DNA from: Octopus sinensis
Lineage: Eukaryota
Reading direction: 5' to 3'
Length of the DNA: 64,000 nt
Assembly: GCF_006345805.1 (NCBI RefSeq)
Contig: NC_042997.1
Span: 110,732,001 to 110,796,000, forward strand
Numbering within the stretch: the first letter of the stretch is position 1; each line of letters begins with the position of its first letter. The position numbers and the translations under genes were made by a program. Under the pieces are notes generated by a model. That model searched no databases and was not told the origin of the DNA. It was given only the letters and a program-made list of their open reading frames with translations. Shown piece by piece: positions 38,790 to 52,375 of this stretch.

Positions 38790-39200
38790 CTCTCTTTCAC
38801 ATCATTCATCTCTTCCCTTCCTCCTCACAACTTATCTCCGCCCTCTCTCTCCTCTTTCCATCCTTCATCCTTTACCTCCTCTCTCTTCTCCCCTCTCTCT
38901 TTTCACTCTCTCCCTCTACCCCCTCTCCACACACCTCTCTCCCTTCTCTCTTCCTTTTCTCTCTCCCCTCTCCTTTCCCTTCTCCCTCTCTCCTCTCCTT
39001 TCCCTTCTCCCTCTCTCCTCTCCTTTCCCTTCTCCCTCTCTCCTCTCCTTTCCCTTCTCCCTCTCTCCTCTCCTTTCCCTTCTCTCTCTCTCCTCCCCAT
39101 TCCCTTCTCCCTCTCCCCTCTCCTTTCCTTTCTGTCTCTCCCCTCTCTTTTCCCTTCCCTCTTTCCTCTCCCCTTCCCATTCCCTTCATCTCCTCCCCTC
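38790..39200. repeat. Polypyrimidine minisatellite (~25-nt unit ctctcctttcccttctccctctctc)
   Basis: Directly visible. Confidence 0.9.
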
Positions 39201-39515
39201 CATAATCTATTCCTCTAATCCGGCATTCTGGTTCACCAATACGTTTCAGCATGTTGTGGGTTATCTCCCTTACCTTTATTTGGTCCGCCATTTTCTTCAC
39301 CATTTACTTCCCCTTTTACAAGCACAGTCTTAATTAATCGATCCAATTAATCTCCCTCCACTAATTAAACCTTTCTCTATTTTTTTATATTTTCACTTTG
39401 GGTTGAATATTTCTCAAACTCTCAATATTTTTTCAATAACGTTTCACTTTACGATGGAACAACTAAACTAACCGATCCTGCATAAAACAATCCGGTTAAT
39501 ATTAAGTTTAACACC

Positions 39516-40191
39516 ATGCACACACACACACACCAAACACACATACACAGTCATGCACACACATACACACACACGATCATCCGCGCATACATACACACAC
39601 ACACACATACATACACACACACACACACACATACACAATCACAACACACACACACAATCACAACACACACACACACAATCACAACACAAATACACACACA
39701 CACACTCGCACACAATACGCTCACAATCACAACACGCTCACAATCACAACACGCACACAATCACAACACGCTCACAATCACAACACGCACACAATCACAC
39801 ACGCACACAATCACAACACACGCACACAATCACAACACACGCACACAATCACAACACACGCACACAATCACAACACACACACGCACACAATCACAACACA
39901 CACACGCACACAATCACAACACACACACGCACACAATCACAACACACACACGCACACAATCACAACACACACACGCACACAATCACAACACACGCACGCA
40001 CACAATCACAACACACGCACGCACACAATCACAACACACGCACGCACACAATCACAACACACGCACGCACACAATCACAACACACGCACGCACACAATCA
40101 CAACACACGCACGCACACAAACAATCACAATACAATCACAACACAAACACACACACAAAATCACAACACAGACACACACACGCACACACAC
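39516..40191. repeat. CA-rich minisatellite (unit ~cacgcacacaatcacaacaca)
   Basis: Directly visible. Confidence 0.95.
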
Positions 40192-40649
40192 AGGGCTCCT
40201 TTCAGTTTCTGCTTCCCAAATCCATTCACGAAACTTTGTCACAGAACTAAAACAGAAGTCACCTTCCCATGGTGCCATGCAGTGGGACTGAACCCACAAC
40301 CACAAGGCTGGAACGCAAAATCCTTGACCACGCAGCCATAGCTGCACCTATCACAGTTAATGTTTGTGCCAATGTTTTTGCTAATGAAATCTCATTGATG
40401 AAAGTGTCTCTAACTACAAATGCTGACCAACATGTTTAAACTAACCAGAAACAATATAATCCCAACAGCCAGGAGGACCATTATGATTCCAGTGAGGAAC
40501 CAACAGTTCTAAACTATGGCTACACTGCTGTGTCTTCCTTGAGAACATCAAGAACCATCAGATTTTAGTATAAAGATTCTAGGCCACTGATTCCTGTGTG
40601 TATCTTTAAGACAAAGGGATAAAAATAAGGAAACGTACGATTTAATTTT

Positions 40650-41092
40650 ACAGTTCTATATTTAAAAGATGAGGGATTATGTACATTATTTACATTATTT
40701 ACATTTGATGGATTGCTGTCCTAAGTAGTGATCGTGATACACACCACGAAGAAATAATCAAGCTCAATAATGATCTATTAAGCAACAACTACCCCAAAAG
40801 CATGCTCTCCACTCCAATTATGAGGAAAAGATAGGATGAAACCAATAAACTGTCCACAGTCTGTCTACCCTATGTGAAAGGCCTCTCTGAAAAGATATAA
40901 AAGTTATGCAGCCCATATGACATTAGGACAGTATTCAAGAGTAATACAACACTTCGCAAATATCTCCTTTGGGTAAAACCACCGATAGAAGAGAATATGA
41001 CCAAAGACTGCGTGTACTCCATCCCATGCAGCTGTGGTAGGTTATACAAAGGCGAAACATGCCGCCCCCTCAAAATAAGGGTACAGGAAGAA
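40650..41092 (+). mobile_element. Penelope-like element fragment (thumb/linker + GIY-YIG start) preceded by an inverted copy of the pLTR tail
   Basis: EEIIKLNNDLLSNNYPK...VCLPYVKGLSEKI*KLCSPYDIRTVFKSNTTLRKYL...CVYSIPCSCGRLYKGETCRPLKIRVQE; 40652-40713 is the reverse complement of the tail at ~51610-51653 and 52597-52639. Confidence 0.85.
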
Positions 41093-41489
41093 TTTAAGGA
41101 GGTTGTATCTATCTATCTATCTTTTCACCTTCCTTCTTGTCTATTCATGGGTTGTTATTACTTCCGCCTTAGCGAAGGCAGAGGTATTGTTTTCAGTTAC
41201 ATCTGTTTGTTTGTTTGTCCATGGACAAGATATCTCAAGAACCACTGGATGGATTTGGATGAAACTTTCAGGAATGTTTGGCCTCATGACTAGCACGAAT
41301 TGATTAGATTTTGCGATCAATCCAGTACCAAACAAGGATTCTGAATTATTTTTCCAGTTTTTTTTACTTAATTTTTAAGAGCAGTTGAGTTTATTTCAGA
41401 TATTCTCATTTTAAAAATCATCTGTGGCTAATCATTGAGAGGACATTGGTGTTGCCTTGGCGGAGGTTTACACTCTCTGAGTGCTCTTA

Positions 41490-41792
41490 TTGTTGTTATT
41501 ATTATTATTATTATTAACATCATCATCATTATTATTATTATTATTAACATCATTATTATTATTAACATCATTATTATTATCACTATTATTATTATTATTA
41601 ACATCATTATTATTATCATTATTATTATTATTATTAACATCATTATTATTATATTATCATTATTATTATCATTATTATTATTATTAACATTATTATTATT
41701 AACATTATTATTATTATTAACATGATTATTATTATCATTATTATTATTATTATCATTATTATTATTATTATTATTATTATCATTGCTATTAT
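41490..41792. repeat. (ATT)n microsatellite with aacatc interruptions, just upstream of an acceptor
   Basis: Directly visible. Confidence 0.95.
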
Positions 41793-41839
41793 TTATGGTC
41801 TGTGTATAATTAAATTTTCTAATATATTTGAAATTTTAG

Positions 41840-41905
41840 TCAAAAGAAGCCAAACCTGAAGAACCGGCTGAGAAAACTGAAGAAGCTGCAGAAAATGCAG
41901 AATGA
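41840..41905 (+). CDS. VAT1L: VAT1L terminal coding exon SKEAKPEEPAEKTEEAAENAE*; exon likely ends at 41927
   Basis: ttttag|TCA...GAA TGA; acidic tail typical of VAT-1 proteins; donor G|gtaaga at 41927/41928. Confidence 0.8.
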   Translation, partial: SKEAKPEEPAEKTEEAAENAE

Positions 41906-42789
41906 ATAAAAGATTTGAAAATTAATGGTAAGAACGTTGCTGTTGTCTTCGTCTGTGTCCAATTTGGAGGGAGGTGTAATGTAGGTGTGATGAACATGTG
42001 GGAAGAGTGAAACATGCCTACATGGACACACACGCACACACACACCAATTGTCTTTCATGTCCACGAGCAAGTTGAAGAGTGAAACACACACCCGCACAC
42101 ATACAAATGCACGTCTTCTGTTTTCACGAACCGCTTATGTTTTTTTTTTTGTGTATGTATGCACATATGCGTTTATGTGCATGTATATGTGAGATTAAAG
42201 AAATAATTTTTTACAGAAATTTTCATTTCAGTTTTGTGATACCATCTCCGAAGGAATGCCTGTGTGTGGCATATCTGTTGTCTGGTGTGGTGTGTATGTG
42301 TATAGTTTGGTGTGTATGTGTGTAACTATTACACACACACATACTCATACACACTAATACACTTGTCTATAAAGTATTGTGATATCATTTTTAATTCTTC
42401 ATCAAATTGGCTTTGCTGGATTTTCTATTTAATAATTTGGAACTTTCTATTCTCTGACACTCCAGATAAAAATTGAAGATTTCAGATTTACCTGCTGAAT
42501 AACTCATTTAAATCACACACATATTTGTGAAGTTGGTGGGGGAGGGGCCAGATAGAATGTTACCAAAAAAAATGCAAAACGATCAATCCTCAACATTAAG
42601 GATATCTCTTTTATTTGTTTCAATCATTTGACTGTGGCCATACTGGAGCACCGCCTTTAGTCGAGCAAATCGACCCCAGGACTTATTCTTTGTAAGCCTA
42701 ATACTTATTCTATCGGCCTCTTTTGCCAAACCACTAATTTACAGGGACGCAAACACACCAGCATCGGTTGTCAAGCGATGTTGGGGGGA

Positions 42790-42827
<38 letters not shown>

Positions 42828-45800
42828 TATATACGACGGGCTTCTTTCAGTTTCCCTCTACCAAATCCACTCACAAAGATTTGGTTGGCCTGAGGCTATA
42901 GTAGAAGACACTTGCCCAAGGTGCCACACAGTGGGACTGAACCCAGAACCATGTGGTTCATAAGCAAGCTACTTACCACACAGCCACATATTTATTTATT
43001 CAATACATTGTTGTTGTACTTTTTGTTAGGTTTTGTTGTTGTGTTTTCATCTTTTGTAGTAATTTATGGAAGTTTTGTGAATGTCTTTTATTCAAGCTTC
43101 ACCTCAATGACCAGTGTAGCATGAACCTTTTTTATGTCATAAATGTTTGCTATTTTCGCAAAACAGTGAAAAACACTTTCTGACATTTAGCATTTGTTTG
43201 AATCCCTATTGTTTTCATATTTCAAAGTTTGTCATTTTAGCAATTTCAAATATAGACTTTGATATTTCCTGTCAAAAGCATTTTATCTAAACTGAAGATG
43301 ACGCTTACATGAAAACTTTTTAATTTGAGCAAATAAGGAATATTCGTCTAAACAGTAATCCCAATTTAAATGTTTTGACACAAAATATTATGTGTCTTGT
43401 GTCAAAATAAATGATTTAATTTCAGTTGTAATATCTGAGTCTACCAATGGCGTTACTCTACTACTTCTATGAGCTACAACCAAGTAGGTTAGTAGAACAA
43501 AAATGGGTGATTATTGAATAAAAGCTCTCAACTACATTAATACTTAAATTTCAGTCAGCCTTGCTCTGGCAGTGTTTAACGTTATAGCAACACCTGGTTG
43601 AAGTTATTATCGCCAGCTTAAGCAGGGAGTTGTTGTTGGCTGAATTCAGGTGTTGGTGACTTATCTCGTATTTCTTAGAGGAATTTTTCTAGGTGCTGTC
43701 CGAAGGTTATGGAATCTTTATCCTTCTTTGATTTATTGATGGATCATGCTGAAAAGAACCTAACTTGTTGAGGGTAAAAAAGAAAAGTAAAGGTCATCAC
43801 AATGGGGACAAGTAGGAAAACAAACTGGACAAATATAAATTGGTCATTTGGGTGTTGAATTTTTACTTCAGCACTTTTTTGTTGAACCATTGTGTTTCTG
43901 TATGACATGGTTGTTTCCTTTTATTGCACTCATACTTATGCTCTGCAATTCATTCACATATGCTACACTATGTCTCTCCTGTATGGATTGTGGTTCCATT
44001 TCTACATTCTCTCCATACATTTCATATGACTCTTTCCAAATATAATAACTAAACAGAACTTATCATAGAATGTCTTGTTACTAAACAGAACATGTTAAAT
44101 AACATTTTGTCTTTTTTTGCAGGCCAAAGACACAAGAACCATCATGCAGAGACAAAAGTGTTTACCATTTTAAGCCACCTTATTTCCAGCTTGTTTTCCA
44201 AACACCTAAATACTGTTGCTACTGCTGTTCCATAATAAAACAGAAGAATGCCATGACCACCACCACCACTCCCACAGCCACCACTCCCCACACACTTCCT
44301 TTTGGTATTACTGGGCTGTTGTTTTTGTTATTGTTGTTGTCTCGATGCTGGTCCAAGTTGTCTTTTGATGTATTTGTAACAACTTTTCTGGTTTAGTTTA
44401 GTCAAATATTCACTTGAATTATTTCTATCGACTTGAACAGCTAATAGAAGAAAAAAGAAAGTTCTAGATTGAAACTAATTTCTTTGTTTTTTGGGGATTT
44501 TTTGTTTGTTTTTTTTTCTTTTAATTAACTCTTGAAAAAATTATTTGGGTATTTTCATTAATTGTTCATTTCATTTACTGCTATTTCTTCTTCTTATTAT
44601 TATTATTAAAGGCAGTGAGCTGGCAGAATCGTTAGCACGCTGGACGAAATGCTTAGCAGTATTTCGCCCATTGCTACTTTTTAGGTTCAAATTCCACCAA
44701 GGTCGATAAATTAAGTACCAGTAAAACACTGGGGTCGATGTAATCGACTTGTCCCCTCCCCTCAAATTTCAGGCCTTGTGCCTAGAATAGAAATAATAAT
44801 AATTATTATTATTATTGTTAATGTGGTGAACTTGCAGAATCTTTAGTGTTGGTAAAAATGCTTAGTGGCATTTCTTCCAGCTCTGAGTTCCGAGTTCAAA
44901 TTCCACCAAAGTCAACTTAGCCTTTCATCCTTTCAGAGTTGATAAAATCAAGTACCAGTCAAATACTGGGGGTCGATGTAATCGACTTTCCCACATTACT
45001 TCCCTCAAAATTGCTGGCCTTTTGCCAAAATTTGAAACCATTATTATTATTATTATTATTTGTTTTTGTCCAATGGTATCATATTGTTTCATTATTTTTA
45101 TCTGGTTATTGTATTTTTTTCCCTCTTTAAAAATCTTGGAATCAGTCCTACCAAGATTCTTGTAATAATGTGAACGCTGTCTGAAAGAACCACAAGTTGT
45201 TAGTTCAATAGATTGCATTTCGGTAGATTGAATTTAGCCGTAGATTTTGCCATCAGTTCTTTTGGATTCATAAAATATTCTCAAATATTTTCATTCTTTT
45301 GTCTCCCAATATTTTTCCCAAATTTAAAACTAATTTTCAATAAAGTTTCAAAGAACTTTGAATAGATTTAATATATCTTATTAAGATATATCGGTATTTA
45401 GAATATTACTGGGTTTTACAAATAGGTTTTGATTTAGTTTCAAATTAGTTTTTGTTTATAAAATTGTATATTTTTGAAATGATAGAAAGTATCTAAGAAT
45501 TGGTATTCTTTTACTTTTTTTTTTTCTTGATTGAAAATGTAATCAAAAAACTGCAACTGGAATTTTAACTGATTTTGAATTAGTCAATATGAAACATATA
45601 TCCTTCCCTACAGCAGTTGACGGCACAACTTTGGGTTAAAATCACTTAGCCTACTCTTTGTTAACTAGTTTATTCCTTATTTTAGTTAATTAGTTAGTAT
45701 TAACAAAGAAATATACTGGTATATTTTCTTTTATATTCAAAGACAATCTGTTACCATTCCAGAGTGAAAAGCAGGGCAAGCTGATAAACCAAGCACAAAA

Positions 45801-48685
45801 ATCATTTATTTAAAAAAACCCTAGAATTGTTTCTATCACTTAATATTAACTTTTTTTTGTTGAAAATATTCCTAATGAAATACACTGCTTTTATTTTTAA
45901 TGAATTTCGAAAGTAATCAAGAATTTTGTTTGTAATTAAGCTGGGTTTTTTAAAACTAAACTTCACAAAAGTTCTTACGTAAGATTGAATGATACTGCCC
46001 AGGTGTCAAAAACATAGTGATATCTGTTAGGCAGCTGAGGATGGGAATGCACATATGTTACGCTTGATTGTGAATTTCTTATCTCAATTTCGTTATCCTG
46101 AGTTGTCCTTCCTTCTTGTAAAATGGAAAATGTTTGTAGATTCATAGTTTATGATTGCTTATTTTGGTATTGTTGGGTTTTCTTCATATGTAACCTAATT
46201 AGGCTTAGACAATACTTAAATATTGGTGTCTAGGTTTGGGAGGTTCTGTGGCATAAGATTAAGGTTTGTAATTTATGGACACTTCAAAATGGAAGATTTT
46301 AAATGATAGAAGCCAAGGTGGACTCAGACAGATACGTATTTAATGGCTTAATGCTTTTAATACCAACCTGCCTGAGATCACCTTTGGAACTGTGATACAC
46401 TTCCTATTTTGAAATGATCTGAATTAAAACCTTCCATCAAAATGTTAATTTGTTCCAAACACCAGCTTAATAATGACGGTTATTATTTAACTAAATTCTT
46501 CATTATTTTCGAAATTGATTGAAACAAAGACAGTGTATTTCAATAAGAATATGGTAAAGACAGAAATAAAGAACTGATAAAGCTGTTCTGATAGTATTTA
46601 AGTTTTCAAAATAGTAAGTAGATTCTTCATAGACAACAACTTGTTGGTTTCAGTGTGTCTCATCTTGTTAAGGATTTTTGGCTGAGTAATGTTCAGTTCA
46701 TTGCCAAATTGAATATTTCTACAATGGACTGTTTGGAAATCTGATAAATGAAAGGAATATAGTGACAATTATATTTAACTGAGTTATTACACACACATGC
46801 GCCTACTGAAAAAGTAAAATTAAGTATTTATGCAAGAAAATGCAATACTGAGCCATGGAATATATTTATAGATTTTAGACAGTTATATTCTGAAATACAG
46901 ATTGGCAAAGAAATACTGGTAATTCAGAAGTAGATAATTAATTAATCTAGAAACTGAAACAAAATTAATAAGTTTTTAATTAAGTCTGTCTTCTCCTATG
47001 TAAAATGTGTTAAATTAAATTTATTTTTATTTCTTTAAAATCTTCTATTTGTAATTTTTTTTCTTTCCATTAAAGAATGGACTGGTATTTGTGTTTAACT
47101 GAATGGTGTTTCTAGTTGCCTTTTTTTTTTTTTAAATGAAATAGTGCAAGGCAGAAGATTAAATTTCTGAAAAAAAAAATTCTCTTCAATAAAATGAAAA
47201 TTGTTGCCAAAAATGAAATATATTCAAATTGGAATTGATATAATTTTTATAAATTGATATTTTTGAATTAAAACACTTTGAATTAAGAAACTCTAATTAT
47301 TTAATTTTGTTTTATTTAAAAATGGGAATATTTTGTGAAAGAACAAAAAGAAAAAAAAGCAAGGTTTTCTTTAAGGATTTTTCTATAAATTCTTCAGAAG
47401 TTTTTAGAATCTTTGCATCTATTATTTTTACCAAAATATTTTAGTTTTACAAACATTATTTTTTACAATTATTTTTTTATTACCTAAAATTCTTTTTTTT
47501 TTTTCTTTTCTCAAATTTAGAAATATGAAGCAAATAATTTTAATAAAAAATTGAGAATCTAAGAAAAAATATTTGGTATTTTTCATAGACAAAAAATTTC
47601 TTTTTATTATTATTTTTGTCTTTATTGGTGAATTAAAAGAATTTTCGAACTTTTATCAGTTCTTGATAAATTTCTTATTGTTTGACTTTTTGAAGATTGA
47701 TTGAAAGTGTTATTGATCTCATGTTCAATGATCTCATAAAACTAATGTTATTTTTCACATATATTGACGAATTGAATTTCAGAACTACAGCCAGGGAGGA
47801 TAAAAGCAGGAATTATTTACATTTAATTATTTTTTTAAATATTTAAATATGCTGTAATATTTAAGTAATTGTAAATATATATTTAAATATTCAAATAATA
47901 TTTAAATAGTTATTTAAATAATTAATGTTTAAATATTTAATAACATTTATTTAGGTAATCAATATTTATTTTATTTTATTTATGACTTTGTGTCAAAATT
48001 TGAAACCAACATTTTCCTTTATTTATATATTCAAATTATATTTCATCAATATTTAAATATTGAATTTATTGCTTTCTGTATGATTAGCCAGATTTTTAGA
48101 TTTAGAAATTTGAAATATAAATGAATTTGAAATTTGTTAAAATTTGTCTGAAATGTGTTAAGCCTGGGCTTATGACTTGCTTCATATTGTTTACAAAATA
48201 AAAACTTCTTGTCTTGGCAGTATTTTTGTGATGTAGTTTACAAGATTTGACATAAGCTGGCACAGTTTTGCTCATAAATATATTCCAGAAACGTGTAACC
48301 ATTTAAAAAAAAAATTATTTAACCCTTTAGCATTCAGGTTATTCTGTCAAGTGTAATGCTTATTTATTGACATTATTTTGAAGTAATTGTGCATTAGATT
48401 TTAACGATGTGGTTGTTTATTTTTAGAATAGCATTGTAAGATAGGTGTGAAAAGCTGGATCTGACGAGTTTAAACGCAAAAGGGTTAAATCATTAAAAAC
48501 ATCAAAAAAGTCTGTTTTTGAAGTGTTCAACTGATTGCTGTTTCTGTCCATGTCTGTTTATATTTATTTATTTTTGGTAACTTTACTTGTAATATTGTAT
48601 TCTAAATATTGTGTGAAATATTAAAGTGTAACTTGGGATCAAAATTCATGTTCTGGTATTCCTTCCTCAATTGGTTCCTTTAGAT

Positions 48686-48966
48686 CAGTGGTTCTCAACC
48701 ATTCTTTTTACCTATGGACCTATTTTATTTTGTTGGACCCCCACAGCCATTCCATGTTTAAAAACTAGTTTTATCGATACTTCTTTCCAAATTCCTATTT
48801 TGCTTATCTACACATTCACTTGTGTTAGTTAAACAATGTAAAAGATCAGGGAAAGAAATCTGTTCCTTGCAATAGATACATCGGAAATAAAATTTTCTTC
48901 ATGAATTCATGAAATACTCATATGGACCCCAAAAAATCTTTTACAGGCCTTGGTTGAGAACCCCTG
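48686..48966. mobile_element. hAT (Charlie-like) MITE; related copy ~5970-6181
   Basis: TIRs cagtggttctcaacc / ggttgagaacccctg; imperfect 8-bp TSD ctttagat/ctttaatt. Confidence 0.7.
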
Positions 48967-51004
48967 CTTTAATTATTCTTTAAATTGGAATAGTTTAACT
49001 TTAAATCATTTCAGTATCCAAAATATTGATGCTCTACTTCTGGTAAAAATACCAAAGTATTTTGTTAGCCATTAAAATAAGCTAAAAAAAAAAACATTTC
49101 ATAAGAATCTTCAATTTCATTTTCCAAAGAGTAGACATGTAGCTGCCTCTCGTATATTGTAGTTGCTTCTTAGAAAAACTATTTTGTTTCTGTTACCGAC
49201 ATCCTCCTAAATGTATTCTTTAAAATTTGAATTACTAGTTAATTTAATGAAAATTAGAATTAACTACTGCGTAAAATATGAAGACTTAATGTAATTGCCG
49301 TGGAATTGTTGTTTCAATGTCTTGTAGATTCCTCTTTGAAATTCTTGTTGGTTTTGTTAGGCTCAGCTGTTATTGAATGGTTCAACTTTATGACTATATA
49401 TTTAATATTTTTCATGTGTGTGGTATATGTGTGTCTGTGTGTGATATTGATGTTTGTTTCTTGTGTCAAGTTGTGTATAAAAACAATTTAATTCTAAACT
49501 AAAAAATTACTTGATTCCTTTTAGTAGAGTATATATTTAACTTTCATAAGAAAAAAGGTTGACAGTAACTTCAAATTTTCAACTTGTTTGCCTTTGACAA
49601 ACTGATGAAGGCAAACAAGATAAAGCTTCAAAGTCACTGTGATTCTTTTTCCTTGTAAAAGTTTTATCAAAATGTTTGTGTGAGAGAATTTAAATCTAAT
49701 TTTCAATATATTTCTAATTTAGAATTATATAATCCATGACATTTGATCTTAGATTAATGAAAATGCCTCAGATTTTATTTTTGCAAACTTAGAAACTTTG
49801 GCTAATCATAATTATAATTTATCGTTCTCTTGAATATTTTTTTCCTTCTTTTTCTTTTTTTGTTATTTGGAAAAGACCAAATTAACTTTTAAATTTCTTT
49901 ATTTTCACATTCCAGAAACTTTAAAAAGGTTTTTATTACTCTTATCCTTTTTTTAAAATGGTAAAAGGTTAATTCATTTTTTCTCTCTCCCCACTTCAGT
50001 ATTTATACCATAACAAACTGAAATTTTGAAAGGAAACTAGAGGACAAAGTGGTCACATGTTCTCTCATTATCCTCCTTCTCTAGTGCAAAAAAAGTAATC
50101 TTTTATATCTCTTGTTGTACACAAATGGAGCAGTATAAAATAGCCATCTACGTATCATACTCAACTTATATACACAGTTGGTAGGCAAGGTGCTGCAGTT
50201 TTCATCTAAGATAGTTCTGTGTTAGAAGCACAGTATATACTGGAGGGTGATGAAAAATTGTCCTGGCAGCAGCTAGAGAACAAAAGATGCATTTCAGCAT
50301 TCTTGAGGCTCATCAACAATATGTACGTGTAGCCATATCCCTAGACAAGATTTGTTACCTCTGATATAGAAAGCAAGGAAAAATGCAGTCACAGATTCGT
50401 GAAGAGCTACTGGGTCGTATAAAAACAAAGCACAATTCCCTCTGGGTGCATGACCATAATACCATTGACAAGGCCCCAAATGCTAAAATGTATCTGGTGT
50501 TAATATTAACCACTGCTGGAGCATTTTTTTTTTTGTTTCCCTTCAATATATAATGTTTTTAACATGCCACATCCTTAAGAGATTTTATCTTAGATGAAAG
50601 CCACAGCATCTTTCCTGTCAATATTGCGTATACATTAAAAGCATGATATGGAAATAGCTATTTTAATACTTTTATATATTTTTGTTGTTTTCAGTTTTAT
50701 CTCTTCTAGGTCTGGCCCCAAGTCACACATGGCTCTGACTGCATATAAGGGCTTACAATTTTTGATAAACCTCCCAGCTATGTCAGTAACAAAAAAGGCA
50801 ATCAATTTTAAAAGAAAAATTGGATTTCTTAAATTTTGAATTGTTAATGGAAAAGAAATTGAATCTCAATAGTGAATCTTTTTTATTTGTTTATTATAAA
50901 CATAGTAGCTATATTTTCAACTGTTTATTGTTATCATGATTTTCTGTTTCTGTTACAAAGATAGTAGCTATATTTTCAACTGTATATTGTTATCATTCTT
51001 ATGA

Positions 51005-51010
51005 AATAAA
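51005..51010 (+). terminator. Candidate distal polyadenylation signal
   Basis: AATAAA followed ~20 nt later by ttgttttcatttctct; repeat density rises immediately afterwards. Confidence 0.5.
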
Positions 51011-51068
51011 TACAAGTGGCATCTTAAAGCTATTGTTTTCATTTCTCTATAATGTATTTTATCTTATC

Positions 51069-51137
<69 letters not shown>

Positions 51138-51419
51138 CAGCTAAGCCCAGTTCCACCCGGTCGGTTTGGGTGATGTGGCTGTAAAACCTGCTCTGTGTAA
51201 GCATTCGGTTTGTTTGGGCACGCTTACGTTAAAAACAATTTTAGAATGACTTTTCTGTAAAAACACTAAAAATAATATCAATAAAAAAACACCAACCAAA
51301 TACTGAGCAAACAAGAGGAACCATCCCACTTCTATTGCATGTGAGCACAGACACACACATTCACATACCTACCCTTTTACATACATAAATACAAGAGTAT
51401 TATTATAGTAGATTATCTT

Positions 51420-51653
51420 GGTAACCATGGGAGCTATGAAAAAATACAAAGCCCAGCATCACCATTGGATCATTCTACACATCTGTGTAATTTTTCAGGC
51501 AATTCCATCCAGCCATTTGACCGTGAATTGCGGGACAAGAAAGACACCTGATGAAGGCTGGAGGGTATATCAGCCAAAACATGTTAACAACAAACAAGAT
51601 GGGGACAAATATCCATCAAATGTAAATAATTCCTCATCTCTTAGTTATAGAAC
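51420..51653 (+). mobile_element. Penelope-type pLTR remnant with degenerate hammerhead
   Basis: aagacac-CTGATGA-a-ggctg gagggtatat cagcc-aAAA-c-atgtt followed by the tail atccatcaaatgtaaataattcctcatctcttagttatagaact. Confidence 0.65.
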
Positions 51654-51954
51654 TATATTGGGCAAGTGTCTTCTACTATAGCATCGGGCTGACCAAAGCC
51701 TTGTGAGTGGATCTGGTAGACAGAAATTGAAAGAAGCCTGTCGTATATATGTGTGTGTGTGTCCCCCTAACATCGATTGACAAATGATGCTGGTGTGTTT
51801 ACTGCCCCTGTAACTTAGCAGTTCAGCAAAAGAGACAGAATAAGTACTAGGCTTACAAACAATAAATCCTGGGGTCGATTTGCCTGACTAAAGGCTGTGC
51901 TCCAGCATGACTGTAGTCAAATGACTGAAACAAGTAAAAGAATATGTCTTTTGT

Positions 51955-52323
51955 GGAGGTACAATGGCTCAGTGGTTAGGGCAGTGGACTCACGGTTGTA
52001 GGATTGCAGTTTCGATTCCCAGATCGGGTGTTGTGAGTGTTTATTGAGCGAAAACACCTAAAGCTTCACAAGGATCCGACAGGGAGTGGTGGCGAACCCT
52101 GCTGTACTCTTTCACCACAACTTTCTCTCCCTCTTTCTTCCTGTTTCTGTTGTACCTGTATTTCAAAGGGGCCAGCCTTGTCACACTGAATCTCCCCTAA
52201 GAACTACATTAAGAGTACACGTGTCTGTGGAGTGCTCAGCCACTTGCACGTTAATTTCATGAGCAGGCTGTTCCGTTGATTGGATCAACTGGAACCCTCA
52301 TTGTTGTAAGCAATGGAGTGCCG
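51955..52323 (+). mobile_element. tRNA-derived SINE (related copies ~8120-8410, 27578-27825)
   Basis: ggaggtacaatggctcagtggttagggcagtggactc...gtttcgattccc head. Confidence 0.8.
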
Positions 52324-52375
52324 TGAATATGTCCATTACATGTACACCTGCTTGTTATTACAAATACCTTAGTAT

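Larger units (their letters stand above)
44123..51030 (+). other. VAT1L: Probable last exon / long 3' UTR of VAT1L
   Basis: Strong acceptor ttttgtctttttttgcag at 44122; region is AT-rich and much poorer in SINEs and microsatellites than the introns; ends at AATAAA plus U-rich element. Confidence 0.55.

Noticed and set aside
51541-51590. Ribozyme-assisted transcription termination downstream of the poly(A) site
   Set aside because: This copy has G12A and lacks the UH site, so it should be inactive; the position is probably coincidental
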